NCBI GenBank assembly: GCA_964016885.1
Contig: OZ024750.1
Span: 53,630,001 to 53,694,000 of the forward strand
DNA: 64,000 nucleotides
From: Eledone cirrhosa
Taxonomy: Eukaryota
Direction of reading: 5' to 3'
In this document: positions 12,832 to 25,423 of the stretch, piece by piece
How positions within the stretch are numbered: the stretch's first letter is position 1
How the letters are laid out: each line of letters starts with the position of its first letter
Program-made: the position numbers and the translations under genes
The notes under the pieces: model-generated
The model's input: only the letters and a program-made list of their open reading frames with translations
Database searches by the model: none
Told to the model about the DNA's origin: nothing

Positions 12832-13494
12832 GTAAGTCAATAATATATTACTCCTGTGTGAATGGTCCTGCTTTGAGTGTGTGCCTGTAGTATTGTAGGA
12901 AGACAACTGGGAAAGGGAGCTTGCCCTAGCAGTCAGGGTATTCTCCATGAGTAACCGTCAGTGGTCTCCCCCCTATTGCAGATTTCCATATTTTTGTCAC
13001 ATTTTTTGTTTTTGTTCCCTTTTGGGGGTTTTTTTCTCACAGAAACCCATATTTGTACTGTCCTTAATGTATTTTTTTGTAAATCCTTTTGTGGTTAATA
13101 AAGAAAGAGCATTATTATTATTGGCCTTGGTGGATTGACAGTATCGGTAGAGAGTCGGACGCCATGCTTTAACGCATAGAGTTACGCCTCTTTATGATCT
13201 GAGTTCAAATCCCGCCGAAGTTTGCCTTTCATCCTTACGGGGTTGATGAAGTAAAGTACCAGTAATACACTGGGATAATTGCTGACCTTGTGCCAAAAGT
13301 AGAAACAATTATCATTACCACCACTACTACTACGACTATCATTACTACCATTATTATTACTACTACTACTATTAGTATTTTTTTTAAAATCTATTTCTTC
13401 ATTGATCTATTATTGCTTGACTGATTCATTGCTATAGATATTTGGGGTGGAAATTGTTCAATAGATTCAGTCTAAATATAGATAATTCTAACAG

Positions 13495-14110
13495 AGATTA
13501 TATAACATTATATAAACCTATATAACATTATATAAACCTATATAACATTATATAAACCTATATAACATTATATAAATCTATTTAACATTATATCATCTAT
13601 ATATCATTATATCAGTGGATTGGCAGTATCGGTAGAGGGTCGGACGCCATGCTTTCCAGCATAGTTACGTCCCTTTACGATCTGAGTTCAAATCCCGCCG
13701 AGGTTAACTTTGCCTTTCATCCTTACGGGATCGATAAAATAAAGTACCAGTAATGCACTGGGTAATTGCTGGCCTTGTGCCTAAAGTAGAAACAATTATA
13801 TAAATCTATATAACATATCATCTACATATCATTATATAAATCTATATAACATTATATCATCTACATATCATTATATAAATCTATTTAACATTATATCATC
13901 TATATATCATTATGTAAATATATATAACATATCATATATATATATCATTATATAAATCTATATAACATTATATCATTATGTAAATCTATTTAACATTATA
14001 TCATATATATATATCATTATATAAATCTATATAACATTATATCATCTACATATCATTATATAAATCTATTTAACATTATATCATTAGATAAATCTATTTA
14101 TCATTATATA
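13495..14110. repeat. AT-rich minisatellite of about 20 bp, interrupted by a SINE
   Basis: TATAACATTATATAAA(C/T)CTA variants on both sides of the SINE at 13617-13800. Confidence 0.85.
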
Positions 14111-14697
14111 ATTTTCAATATCAGTATATAAAAAAAAACAATTGTAGATTTGATATGAAAAAAAAAAAATTGTAAATGCAAAAACAGAAAATTTATCAAA
14201 ATTGTTTCATTTTTATTGTTTTTTTTTTAAATTTTATTGTTGGTTTGTTTTGTGTTGTTTCTGTTATTATTGTTGTTATTGTTGTAAATGACCTGTTTAT
14301 GATCATTACTAAGAAAATATTCTTTCAGCTCATCTGTTGAACAGAGCCACTACCATATGTTTTATAATATATCACTTACATACACGTTTCTTATTGATAG
14401 ACTTAAAGTACTCAATACAGAAGTAGAGTTTAAATATTCATTTAGTGAGCCTTGTTATTGTGGAGTTTCACCTGCATACTCACACGATCGACAGAGTGTG
14501 CAGGTGAAACTTAGGAGTATCAAGGCTTAGCCATATTATCATTGTTCTAACATCCATTTTCCCTACTCGCAAGGGATGAGCAGGTCTCATTATGTCGTTG
14601 AGCAAGACACTTTATTTCACATTGCTCCTTCTACTTGGAGTTGCGACTGATGGAGAGTATTAGCAATTGGAAAGACCAACAGAGTCAATCGACTGTT

Positions 14698-15772
<1,075 letters not shown>

Positions 15773-15817
15773 AATGATATTAAATAAATGGAAACTATAT
15801 TTATAAAACCATATTTA

Positions 15818-17673
15818 TTCTATTATATATATTTCAAGGGTACCAAAAATGTTGGTACGCTATCATCAGATGAAATACAAAATGTTTTATAAATATTTGA
15901 CATGACCAAGGATGATATACCTTAACGGTTCAAGTTATTCCTGGAAAGTGAAAGGAAGAGAGGAGAAAAGTCAGATATTTAAAATTATTAATATGAATAT
16001 GCAAATGATGCTTATATTAAAGGGCTGAAATAATGTTATTTTAGACGGTATGGAAAATTTAAATATTTATGATAAGGAAAGAAGAGAAAGAGAAAAGAAT
16101 AACGTTAATTTTGGGGAAAAGATTTTTGTTACCTATATTATGAGTTATAAAATTATATGAAGAATTATGGTTGTAAGTATTTTTATCTTATTACATTAGG
16201 ATAGGTTATATGTATATAAATATCTCTATGTATATTAATAATTTGTGTATGCATTGATTGTTTATATAAACAAATATGAGTTACGAAGGATGTTGAAAAT
16301 TTTATTTTCAAGTTGTGAGATTAGAATAATTTGTGGATTTAAAAATTTTCAACATTGAGAATGTTTTCAGAATATTGTTAATTTAACGAAGCTATATAAA
16401 TTATCAAACTAAAATTGTTAAAGAAGAAAGAAAAAGGAAAAGGAAGACCACTTGAACGTTAGACATTTGTCTATATTTATATGGAGAATTATTTATCTTA
16501 TTATAATAATATATAAATATCTATATATGTATTTTAATAATAGCATATGTGTTTTTTTTTAACGATAGTTTCTTTATAATATGAGTTACGAGGGATGTTG
16601 ATTTTATGTAAATAAATAGGTAATTACAATTTATAATATTTCGTTTCTGAATTTGTTTAGCAAGATTCTTTATCTGAAATCGTGTGTTGAAACCGATATT
16701 GTTATACTTTGGGAGGGTCATGTTGCCAATAAGAAACACACGCACCAGTTGCTTTCACTTCAATTTATTATATATTTATAAATTTATAAATTTACAAATC
16801 TACAAACTTATAAATTTTTGGTTGGTTGGTTGGTTCCACAACCAGATAGTTGTTTATATATATAGTCATAGTCCTTTCGTCACACACTCTGTGACCTCTT
16901 CAGTGACTGGGGATTCCTTTCTTCTCTTCGTTTCTGTGCCTTTTCTTTCTTCTATCCTACGCCATTTTGTTTCTGTGTGAGTGTTGTGTGCTCAGTTTGC
17001 GCATGTGCCACATCCGGGTGTCTGTGTGTGTTTGTGTTCATTTTTCTATTTGTTTATTTATTTATTTATTTATTGTTGGTTGGTTGTTTGTTCTATGTGT
17101 GTGTGTGTTTTCATTTTTTCCTCTGTGTGTTTTCATTTTGTGTGTGTTTTCAATTGTAAGTTGGTTGTGGAACCAACCAACCAACCAGAAATTTATAAGT
17201 TTGTAGATTTGTAAATTTATAAATTTATAAATATATAATAAATTGAAGTGAAAGCAACTGGTGCGTGTGTTTCTTATTGGCAACATGACCCTCCCAAAGT
17301 ATAACAATACAATTTATAATGTTAAATAGGTAATTACAATTTATAATGTTAAATAGGTAATTACAATTTATGATGTTAAATAACTCCAATTTTTTTATTA
17401 ATCGCTAGTGTGGGATTAATTATTTATTCTAAAGAATTAACGTTATTCTTTTCTCTTTCTCTTCTTTCCTTATCATAAATATTTAAATTTTCCATACCGT
17501 CTAAAATAACATTTTTTCAGCCCTTTAATATAAGCATCATTTGCATATTCATATTAATAATTTTAAATATCTGACTTTTCTCCTCTCTTCCCTTCACTTT
17601 CCAGGGATAACTTGAACCGTTAAGGTGTATCATCCATCCTTGGTTATGTCAAATATTTATAAAACATTTTGTA
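15818..17673. mobile_element. Nested inverted-repeat structure made of Penelope-like element remnants
   Basis: Outer IR at about 15875-16110 / 17434-17673 and inner IR at about 16697-16843 / 17161-17309. Hammerhead motifs at 15818-15877(-) and 16864-16908(-). Confidence 0.7.
16864..16908 (-). ncRNA. Minimal type I hammerhead ribozyme motif (Penelope-type)
   Basis: Minus strand reads AGUCA-CUGAAGA-G-GUCACA-gagug-UGUGAC-GAAA-GGAC-UA|UGACU: 5-bp stem I, 6-bp stem II, minimal stem III, CUA cleavage triplet. Confidence 0.75.
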
Positions 17674-17674
17674 T

Positions 17675-17880
17675 GTGGTAAGAGAATTGGATTCGCAATC
17701 GTGAGGTTGTGAGTTCAATCCCGCACCGGGCGATGCGTTATGTCCTTGAGCAAGACACTTTATTTCACGTTGCTCCTTCTACCTGGAGTTGCGACCGATA
17801 GAGAGTATTAGCAATTAGAAAGACCCATGGAAACATTGTTTCCTCGGTCTGATTTGACGAAAGTCGATCGACTGACGATA
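17675..17880 (+). mobile_element. tRNA-derived CORE-type SINE. Other copies at about 14575-14700, 26245-26510, 37565-37680 and 39320-39430(-)
   Basis: B-box GAGTTCAATCCC followed by CORE-like TGTCCTTGAGCAAGACACTTTATTTCAC. Confidence 0.75.
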
Positions 17881-17881
17881 T

Positions 17882-17945
<64 letters not shown>

Positions 17946-18569
17946 ATATGTATATATATACTTATTAAATTTATCTGTTGATAAGCTCCAAGCCTCGTGG
18001 ATGAATCCACAAAAGGGGAGCGAAACTGCCGGTAGTCGGGACTGGAGGAATTTTGGTAAAGTTTATATGCATTTATTCTTCCAACTTATATTTCAGACCT
18101 AACTCCGTTAAGTTGATTATTTGTCTAGGCAAAAGGGATTTGTCTAGGCAAAAGGCTAAAAGGAATGACTAGATACATTTTATCTGACTGTCCCTCTCGG
18201 AAGATAGTCTGTATCATTTGTCTATTATTTCTTCATAGTTACATGTTAAACTTATAGCCTCATTTAAATGATTATTTATGTGGTTGATTTCTACAGACTA
18301 GGGAGAGGAAAGACTATATATTTTATCTAATAATTCTTCAAACTTACAATTTTATATATACACACATATATATATATGTGTGTGTGTATGTATGTAGAGA
18401 GAGAGAGAGAGAGAGAGAGATGTGTGTCTGTTCACTGCAGTTGTTTCTATATCAGCCATGCAGAATATCATACATCCTTTATTTCCATTGTATTGTAACG
18501 TACGTCTACACCATTTTTTGGGGCGAAAATGGCATAGACATTACAATACAAAGAGAGGAAACATAATAA

Positions 18570-18613
18570 TACCACTGATGATGTCACACGTGTGTGATGA
18601 AAGAACTTTGATA
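18570..18613 (+). ncRNA. Minimal hammerhead motif, near-intact, heading a Penelope-type pLTR fragment at about 18570-18785 (related copy at 42410-42598)
   Basis: UACCA-CUGAUGA-U-GUCACAC-gu-GUGUGAU-GAAA-GAAC-UU|UGAUA, with one mismatch in stem I. Confidence 0.6.
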
Positions 18614-20499
18614 GACTATATATATATATTTATTTTTTATATCTGTATTTTTAACCATTGGTCAATCAATTACCAGATAAATTAACTATGGAGATATAAA
18701 AGATACAGAAGCGAAAACCAAACCAAACAAGGAGTGTGTTCTATTATTATTTCTGGCAATAATATAACAATATGACCCTCCCTAAGTCGAACAATATATA
18801 TATATATATACACAAACATCTTGTATACATAGTTGATCTCTTGGACTTTTACAAAGCTCTGAGAGGATGGCAACATCTTTTTTCGTCTTAAAGAGACTTC
18901 ACCCTATTTATGAGCATCTCCACACATGATCACACTACTCTTTATATATATATATATATGTGTATGTGTGTATATATATATCATCATTATCATTGCCATC
19001 AATTTTCCATACCTGCATTATCTGATGGGCTGTCATTTTATGAGGCTAACAGGTCATGTGACCACATCTTATATGTTCTGTTTTGGGTTTGGATGCTACT
19101 CCTAGTACCAATCATCTGGTTTTTGTAGAAGCCGTTCTTCTACCTTACAGTGTGGACTAGTTGTTTTTTGTCATGGTACCAGCACAACCTCTTTACAATG
19201 TGTATGTATGTCATAACTTAGTGCTTGAACAGAAAAGACATATTGATAGAATTAGTACAAGACTTGAAAATAAAAAAAAATAAAATAAGTACTAAAATCA
19301 ATATGATCTACTAAAAACTAATCCCTTTAAGTGAGCGCACCAGCATGCCCACAATCTAGTGACTGAAACCATTACAGAATTTAAAAAATCATTAGGAAAA
19401 TTAGTTGAGAATCAATAAAAAGATAATAAAGTATTAATAATGGTGATTATTATTAATAATAAAGTATTATTACTGGGAAGTTCTCTTCCGATGGAAAATT
19501 ATTGAGATTTTACAATGAAATTAGTGGTTTTAACCTAAATAGTCAATATCAGCTATATCTCCTTATAATATATAACCAGCAATTTCTCTGTCTGTCCGAC
19601 AGTGGAAACACGTGCGCACGTGGTTGTATCTCTCTCTCTCTCCACCTATCCCTCTCTTTTAGTCTGTCTGTTTCTCTCACTCTCACTCTTTGTAACACAC
19701 TAACATTCCTCCCCTCTATCGCTGTGACAAATGGGGAGATGGAAGAGGAGGAGGAGGAGGAGGAGTCACTTCGTCACTTCACCTCTGCCTTTCTCTCCCC
19801 TCTCACTCCCTCATTACGTACGACATTAGAGTCGGACACCATGCTTCATAGCATGGAGTTACGTCCCTTTACGGTCTGAGTTCAAATACCGCCGAGGTTA
19901 ACTTTGCCTTTCATCCTCATGGGGTCGATAAAATAAAGTACCAGTAATGTACTGGATAATTGCTGGCCTTGTGCCAAAAGTAGAAACAATTATTAGAAAC
20001 ATTGCTTCATTTTTACATATCTAAGCATTAGTAAAATAACTAATAATTTCAAAAGTAATTTTTCAATTCCAATTGTTATGAACAGCAAAACATTAATAAT
20101 AATTTTGTTCTAAGAAATATATATACATTTCTGTGTGTGTAATATATATATATATACATATACACACACAGAAATATATATACATTTCTGTGTGTGTAAT
20201 ATATATATATATATATATACACACACAGAAATATATGGGCATTTCTCTGTTTGTCTGTCTGTCTGTCTGTCCTTCCCTAAAACTCAAATGTAGGTGCTAC
20301 AGAAATATTACCTTCCCCTTCTTTCTCCACTTTGGTACTACCAAGAGAAACACTGTCCTGTCGCTATAGAAACATTACCTTCCCCTCTCCACTGACTTTG
20401 GTCACTGAGGCCGAGGGAATCGCTGGTTGCTATAGAGACACCTTGCACAAGCCAGAAGTAACCAGTTTGAGGCGGTTCTGACTTGACACCATGCCAAGG

Positions 20500-20763
20500 A
20501 CCATTTGAAGATATATTTCCATCGTTATATCATAACGTTTATATTTCCGTCACTAATCTCTTTTTCTCCTTTTTCGTTTTAACATATATTTATTTCAAAG
20601 ATTTCACCGTATAGATAACATATATATTTATACATGCATAAAAGACACACGAGAGACGGTGAACATGTGTTGCTGAAAACATTTCTCATCCAAATCTCAA
20701 CAATATCAGTATATACACTAGATTTGCTAGCAGAAAACCGCCCACTGGGTGGTTTTCTGCTAG
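20500..20763 (+). mobile_element. Helitron-like non-autonomous element A, 3' part. Inverted copy at about 23475-24005 and another fragment at about 58860-59075
   Basis: Ends in the hairpin CTAGCAGAAAACCGCCC-actg-GGTGGTTTTCTGCTAG with a terminal CTAG. Sequence is shared with the other copies. Confidence 0.55.
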
Positions 20764-22274
20764 TCTAATATATATTTGTGAAATGGGCGGTGGTTGAAAT
20801 TCAAATGTGCACGGTTAAATGGTAGTAGACGTGGTCGGACTGACATGAAAATTTACACACCTATGTAAAAAGTGCCAAGGAAGCAAATAGACGAGGTTTC
20901 AAATCTCTAACTTGAAAAATGTGGTCCCTGGGGCCCCAAAACTATTCGGTGAGTTATTTCCCCCTGTTCTAATACTTTTGTCTTATTTACAATTTCATCA
21001 ATGTTCTTTCGCTGTTAACATACCGTACCAATAATTTGAAAAATATTATTGAAAGTTTATTATAAAGAAGCAGTTTCAGGAAAAAGTGTAAACTATCATA
21101 CAAACCTTCATAATATGCATTTTTAAACTTGCATATCATCGACATTGCTATTTCGCTGTTAATAAACTATCATCCTTCTACATTTAACGATCATACAGTA
21201 CCGTTTTATGAAATCGATTCTGCAGTACGGTCACTGTTTTCCATCAAAAGAAATAATACTTGGTGATACTTGGTTTTAGTGTCATAAATTATCATCATTG
21301 ACATTCAATTATTAGCTCCACCCACTACACGATACGTCACAAAGGTAAATGTTTCGAAAAAATTTTAAACTGTATATTGCAACAATATATTGTTTAAAGA
21401 AATTTTTTTTCTGTTGTTAAAAACTGTAAATCTGTTTTTAAAAAAATGTATTTCGCAGCAATTTTTTTTCTGTTAAAAACTAAATAAATATTCATGTAAA
21501 AATGAAGCATAGTGTTTCGGTTAAATACATTTTTTTTAACAGATTTACAATTTTAAACAACAGAAAAAAAATTTCTTTAAACAATATATTGTTGCGATAT
21601 ACAGTTTAACATTTTTTAGAAACATTTACCTTAGTGACGTATCGTGTTTAAAAAAAAAAATGTATTTCGCAGCAATTTTTTTTCTGTTAAAAACTGTAAA
21701 TAAATATTTATTTTGTTCAAAAAATAAATCAAAAATCTAATTTTCTCTTTCTAAAAATTCAATGTTTTTTCGTGCAAAAATGAAGCATGTAAGAAAATGA
21801 ACATGTAAAAATCAAGCAGCAGCAGCTGATGACGTGTCATGACGTATCGTGTAGTGGGTGGAGCTAATAATTGAATGTCGATGATGATAATTTAGGACAC
21901 TAAAACCAAGTATCGCGAAACCCTTAAATTGCGAAGAAGGGACGCATGTTTTTATTTTAATTCTAATACATGTTAACCACCACTAACAGTAAGTAGTATT
22001 TTTCAAATTGCATATCATCGACATTGCTATTTCGCTGTTAATAAACAACGCTTTTCACGTCGCTCCACTCCTCATTGTACGCCGTCCAGCCCCTCCACTC
22101 CTCATTGTACGCCATCCAGCCCCTCCACTCCTCATTGTACGCCGTCCAGCCCCAAGTGCATATTTCTTTTTTTTTTTCCTGAAACTGCTTCTTTATAATA
22201 AACTTTCAATAATATTTTTCAAATTATTAACTTAATAAAAAGTGGCCCCGGGTGCAACCGGGCTCAGCTGCTAG
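20764..22274 (+). mobile_element. Helitron-like non-autonomous element B
   Basis: 5' TC at 20764. The 3' end has a GC hairpin CCCGG-gtgcaa-CCGGG just upstream of the terminal CTAG, followed by T. No TIRs or TSD. Confidence 0.65.
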
Positions 22275-22299
22275 TAGTATATAAAAGAAAGATGTTTGT

Positions 22300-22790
22300 T
22301 GGTTGTGGTGGTTATAATGGTGGAGGTGTTGGTAGTAGTGGAGGTTATAATGGTGGAGGTGTTGGTAGTAGTGGTGGTTATAATGGTGGAGGTGTTGGTA
22401 GTAGTAGTGGTGGTTATAATGGTGGAGGTGTTGGTAGTAGTAGTGGTTATAATGGTGGAGGTGTTGGTAGTAGTAGTAGTGGTGGTTATAATGGTGGAGG
22501 TGTTGGTAGTAGTAGTGGTTATAATGGTGGAGGTGTTGGTAGTAGTAGTGGTGGTTATAATGGTGGAGATGTTGGTAGTAGTAGTGGTGGTTATAATGGT
22601 GGAGGTGGTGGTGGTGGTGGTGGTTATAATGGTGGAGGTGTTGGTAGTAGTGGAGGTTATAATAGTGGTGGTTATAATGGTGGAGGTGTTGGTAGTAGTA
22701 GTGGAGGTTATAATGGTGGAGGTGTTGGTAGTGGTGGAGGTTATAATGATGGAGGTGTCGGTAGTACTAGTGGTGGTTGATGTGATGGTA
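22300..22790. repeat. (GGT/AGT)-based compound micro/minisatellite
   Basis: Units like GGTTATAATGGTGGAGGTGTTGGTAGTAGT. Confidence 0.9.
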
Positions 22791-22864
22791 GTGGTAACAG
22801 CAGTGGTTATCCCCCTCTTTAATTTGTTTTCCTTTTCTTTCTTTAAAAACTCCCATAAATTGCT

Positions 22865-23270
22865 CATATTTCTAGCTGAGCCTCTCATATTTCTGGCTGA
22901 GCCTATCCCATATTTTTGGCTGAGCCTATCTCATATTTCTGGCTGAGCTTATCCCATATTTTTGGCTGAGCCTATCTCATATTTCTGGCTGAGCCTCTCT
23001 CATATTTTCGATTGAGCCTCTCTCATATTTTTGGTTGAGCCTCTCTCATATTTTTGGTTGATCCTCTCTCATATTTTTTGTTGAGCCTATCACATATTTC
23101 TGGCTGAGCCTCTCCATATTTTTCTCATATTTTTGGTTGAGCCTATCCCATATTTCTGGCTGAGCCTGTCTCATATTTTTGGTTGAGCCTCTCTCATATA
23201 TCTGGTTGAGCCTCTCTCATATTTCTGGTTGAGACTCTCTCATATTTTTGGCTGAGCCTCTTTCATATTT
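22865..23270. repeat. Minisatellite of about 21-23 bp
   Basis: GCTGAGCCTCTCTCATATTT(T/C)TG variants. Confidence 0.9.
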
Positions 23271-24401
23271 CCATTTTTATTGGACACCTGTGTCTATGTG
23301 TCATTAAAAACATTACCTCTTTTTCTCACAATATTATGCAATTATTGATTGTTATCATTGTTATAGTTGTTAGATGGTATTGATCCTGTGGCTGGTATAA
23401 GTACCCCCCCCCCCTCACAACCCATGACCTAAGATGAGAACCATTTTTGTTTTTCTCTTATCATTCTTATTGTTACCAGCAGAAAACCACCCTTTGCGCA
23501 GTTTCCTGCTGGTATGTCTAGTGTACATATTGATATTATATGCATATAGATATGATATGTTGAATGAAAAGTAAATTGAGAATATGCACAGAAATTGAAG
23601 AGAGACTGTGTTACACTCTCTTCTGTAATCAGTAAACTGATCCATGATACATTTGAAAAAGACGATATTATATATAACATTACGGTGAAATGTTATGAAA
23701 ACAGAAAAGAAGAAAATGAGATTAGTGATGGAAATATAAACGTTAAAATATAACAATGGAAATATAGTGTACGGCAAAGTATGATATAACGAACGCTAAC
23801 AGAAAAGTTAACATTTGAAAATTTTAAAAGAAGTGAAATTTTGAAATAAGCAATACATTATATATAAGATTATTTATGTTTAATCAAGAGCTACAAAATT
23901 TAGTATATAAATTACATAATATTCATTCATAATTTATTCAAAGTAATCCAATTTATTTTAATAACGGGATAAAAAAATAAAGAAGACATAGTCTCACAGT
24001 TCTCCAATCATTATTATTATAAAATAAAGTACCAGTAATGCACTGGGTAATTGCTGGCCTTGTGCCTAAAGTAGAAACAATTATTATTATTATTCCCGTC
24101 GAGGTTAACTTTGCCTTTCATCCTTACCGGGTCGATAAAATAAAGTACCAGTAATGCACTGGGGTAATTGCTGGCCTTGTGCCAAAAGTAGAAACAATCA
24201 TTATTATTGTGGTGGAGTTCTCAGTCTTGGTTAGGATCATTGTTAAAGGAAACGGTCTTTCTCTTTGGTGATGTCCTTTCTATTTGATGTAAACCCCACT
24301 CGGTGTTGTTTTTGTTCTTGTATTCCCCCCCCCCCCCCACACACAATGTCTTGGGCCCTTGTGGCCAATAAAATAAATCACTATTATTATTATTTTTATT
24401 A

Positions 24402-25423
24402 TTGTTCATTATAGTCCTCCAAGCCATACCAGAGGAGTTTAAGACTGGCTGTCCATGGGAACTTCTCTATGCTGACAATCTGGTTCTTATAGCAGAATCA
24501 GTACAGGAGCTAGAGAATACATTCTGGCTATGGAAGCAAGAGGACTGAGAGTGAGCCTAGCTAAGACAAAAGTGTTGATGAGTAGAAAAGAGGACAAAAC
24601 TCTGATTCCGTCAGGGAAATGGCCATGTTCGATATGCAGAAAAGGAACTGCCATAAATTCTATAAAATGCACACATGCAGATCCTAGGTACACAAGAGAT
24701 GTAGCGGGATAGCAGGCAAACTAACAGGAGAAATCCATATGCAGTAGATGTACAGGGAAATTAGACAGTAGAAGTCGCATTGATAGACACGTTTTTTCAA
24801 ATGCAGGCGGGTGCTATAGAAGTGGTGGATAGCTTCCGGTACCTAGGAGATCAGATTAGCATGGGAGGGGGGTGTTCCGAGGCCATAGTATCTAGAATAA
24901 GGACGGGTTGGAAGAAGTTTAGGGAGCTGCTGACGAAGAAGGGTTTCTCCCTGTGTATGAAAGGCCGGTTATATGATGCCTGTGTGAGGAGCGCGATGCT
25001 GCATGGTAGTGAGACATGGGCAGCAACTGCAGAGGATATGCGACGGCTGGAGAGAAATGAGGCAAGCAGGCTCCGTTGGATGTGCAGTGTCAATGTGCGT
25101 GAACGACCCAGCATAAATGTGTTGAGAGAGAAACTGTGTCTGAGAGGGATAGAATGTAGTGTACGGGAGAGGAGACTGAGGTGGTATGGACATGTGATGC
25201 GCATGGAGGATGACCGATGGGTGAAGAAATGCCAGGAAATGACAGTTGAAGGAAAACGTGGCAGAGGTAGACCACGAAAAACATGGGTGGAGGTGGTGAG
25301 AGCAGACCTCAGATTGCGGTGGAGATGACGAAGGACCGTGACAAGTGGAGAGATGCTGTGCTGAATAAGACCCATCCCACCCTTGCAAGCAGGGAAAAGT
25401 GCACGTAAAATGATGATGATGAT
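24402..25423 (+). mobile_element. 5'-truncated RTE LINE, same subfamily as 47304-49256
   Basis: CPWELLYADN, GKWPCSICRK, FRYLGDQI, HGSETW and RRLRWYGHVMRM motifs, with an (ATG)n tail. Confidence 0.92.

Noticed and set aside
22271-22946. Gly-rich (GGYNGGG) and poly-Thr ORFs resembling structural proteins or mucin
   Set aside because: Open in several frames on both strands because of trinucleotide repeats. No signal peptide or credible splice context.
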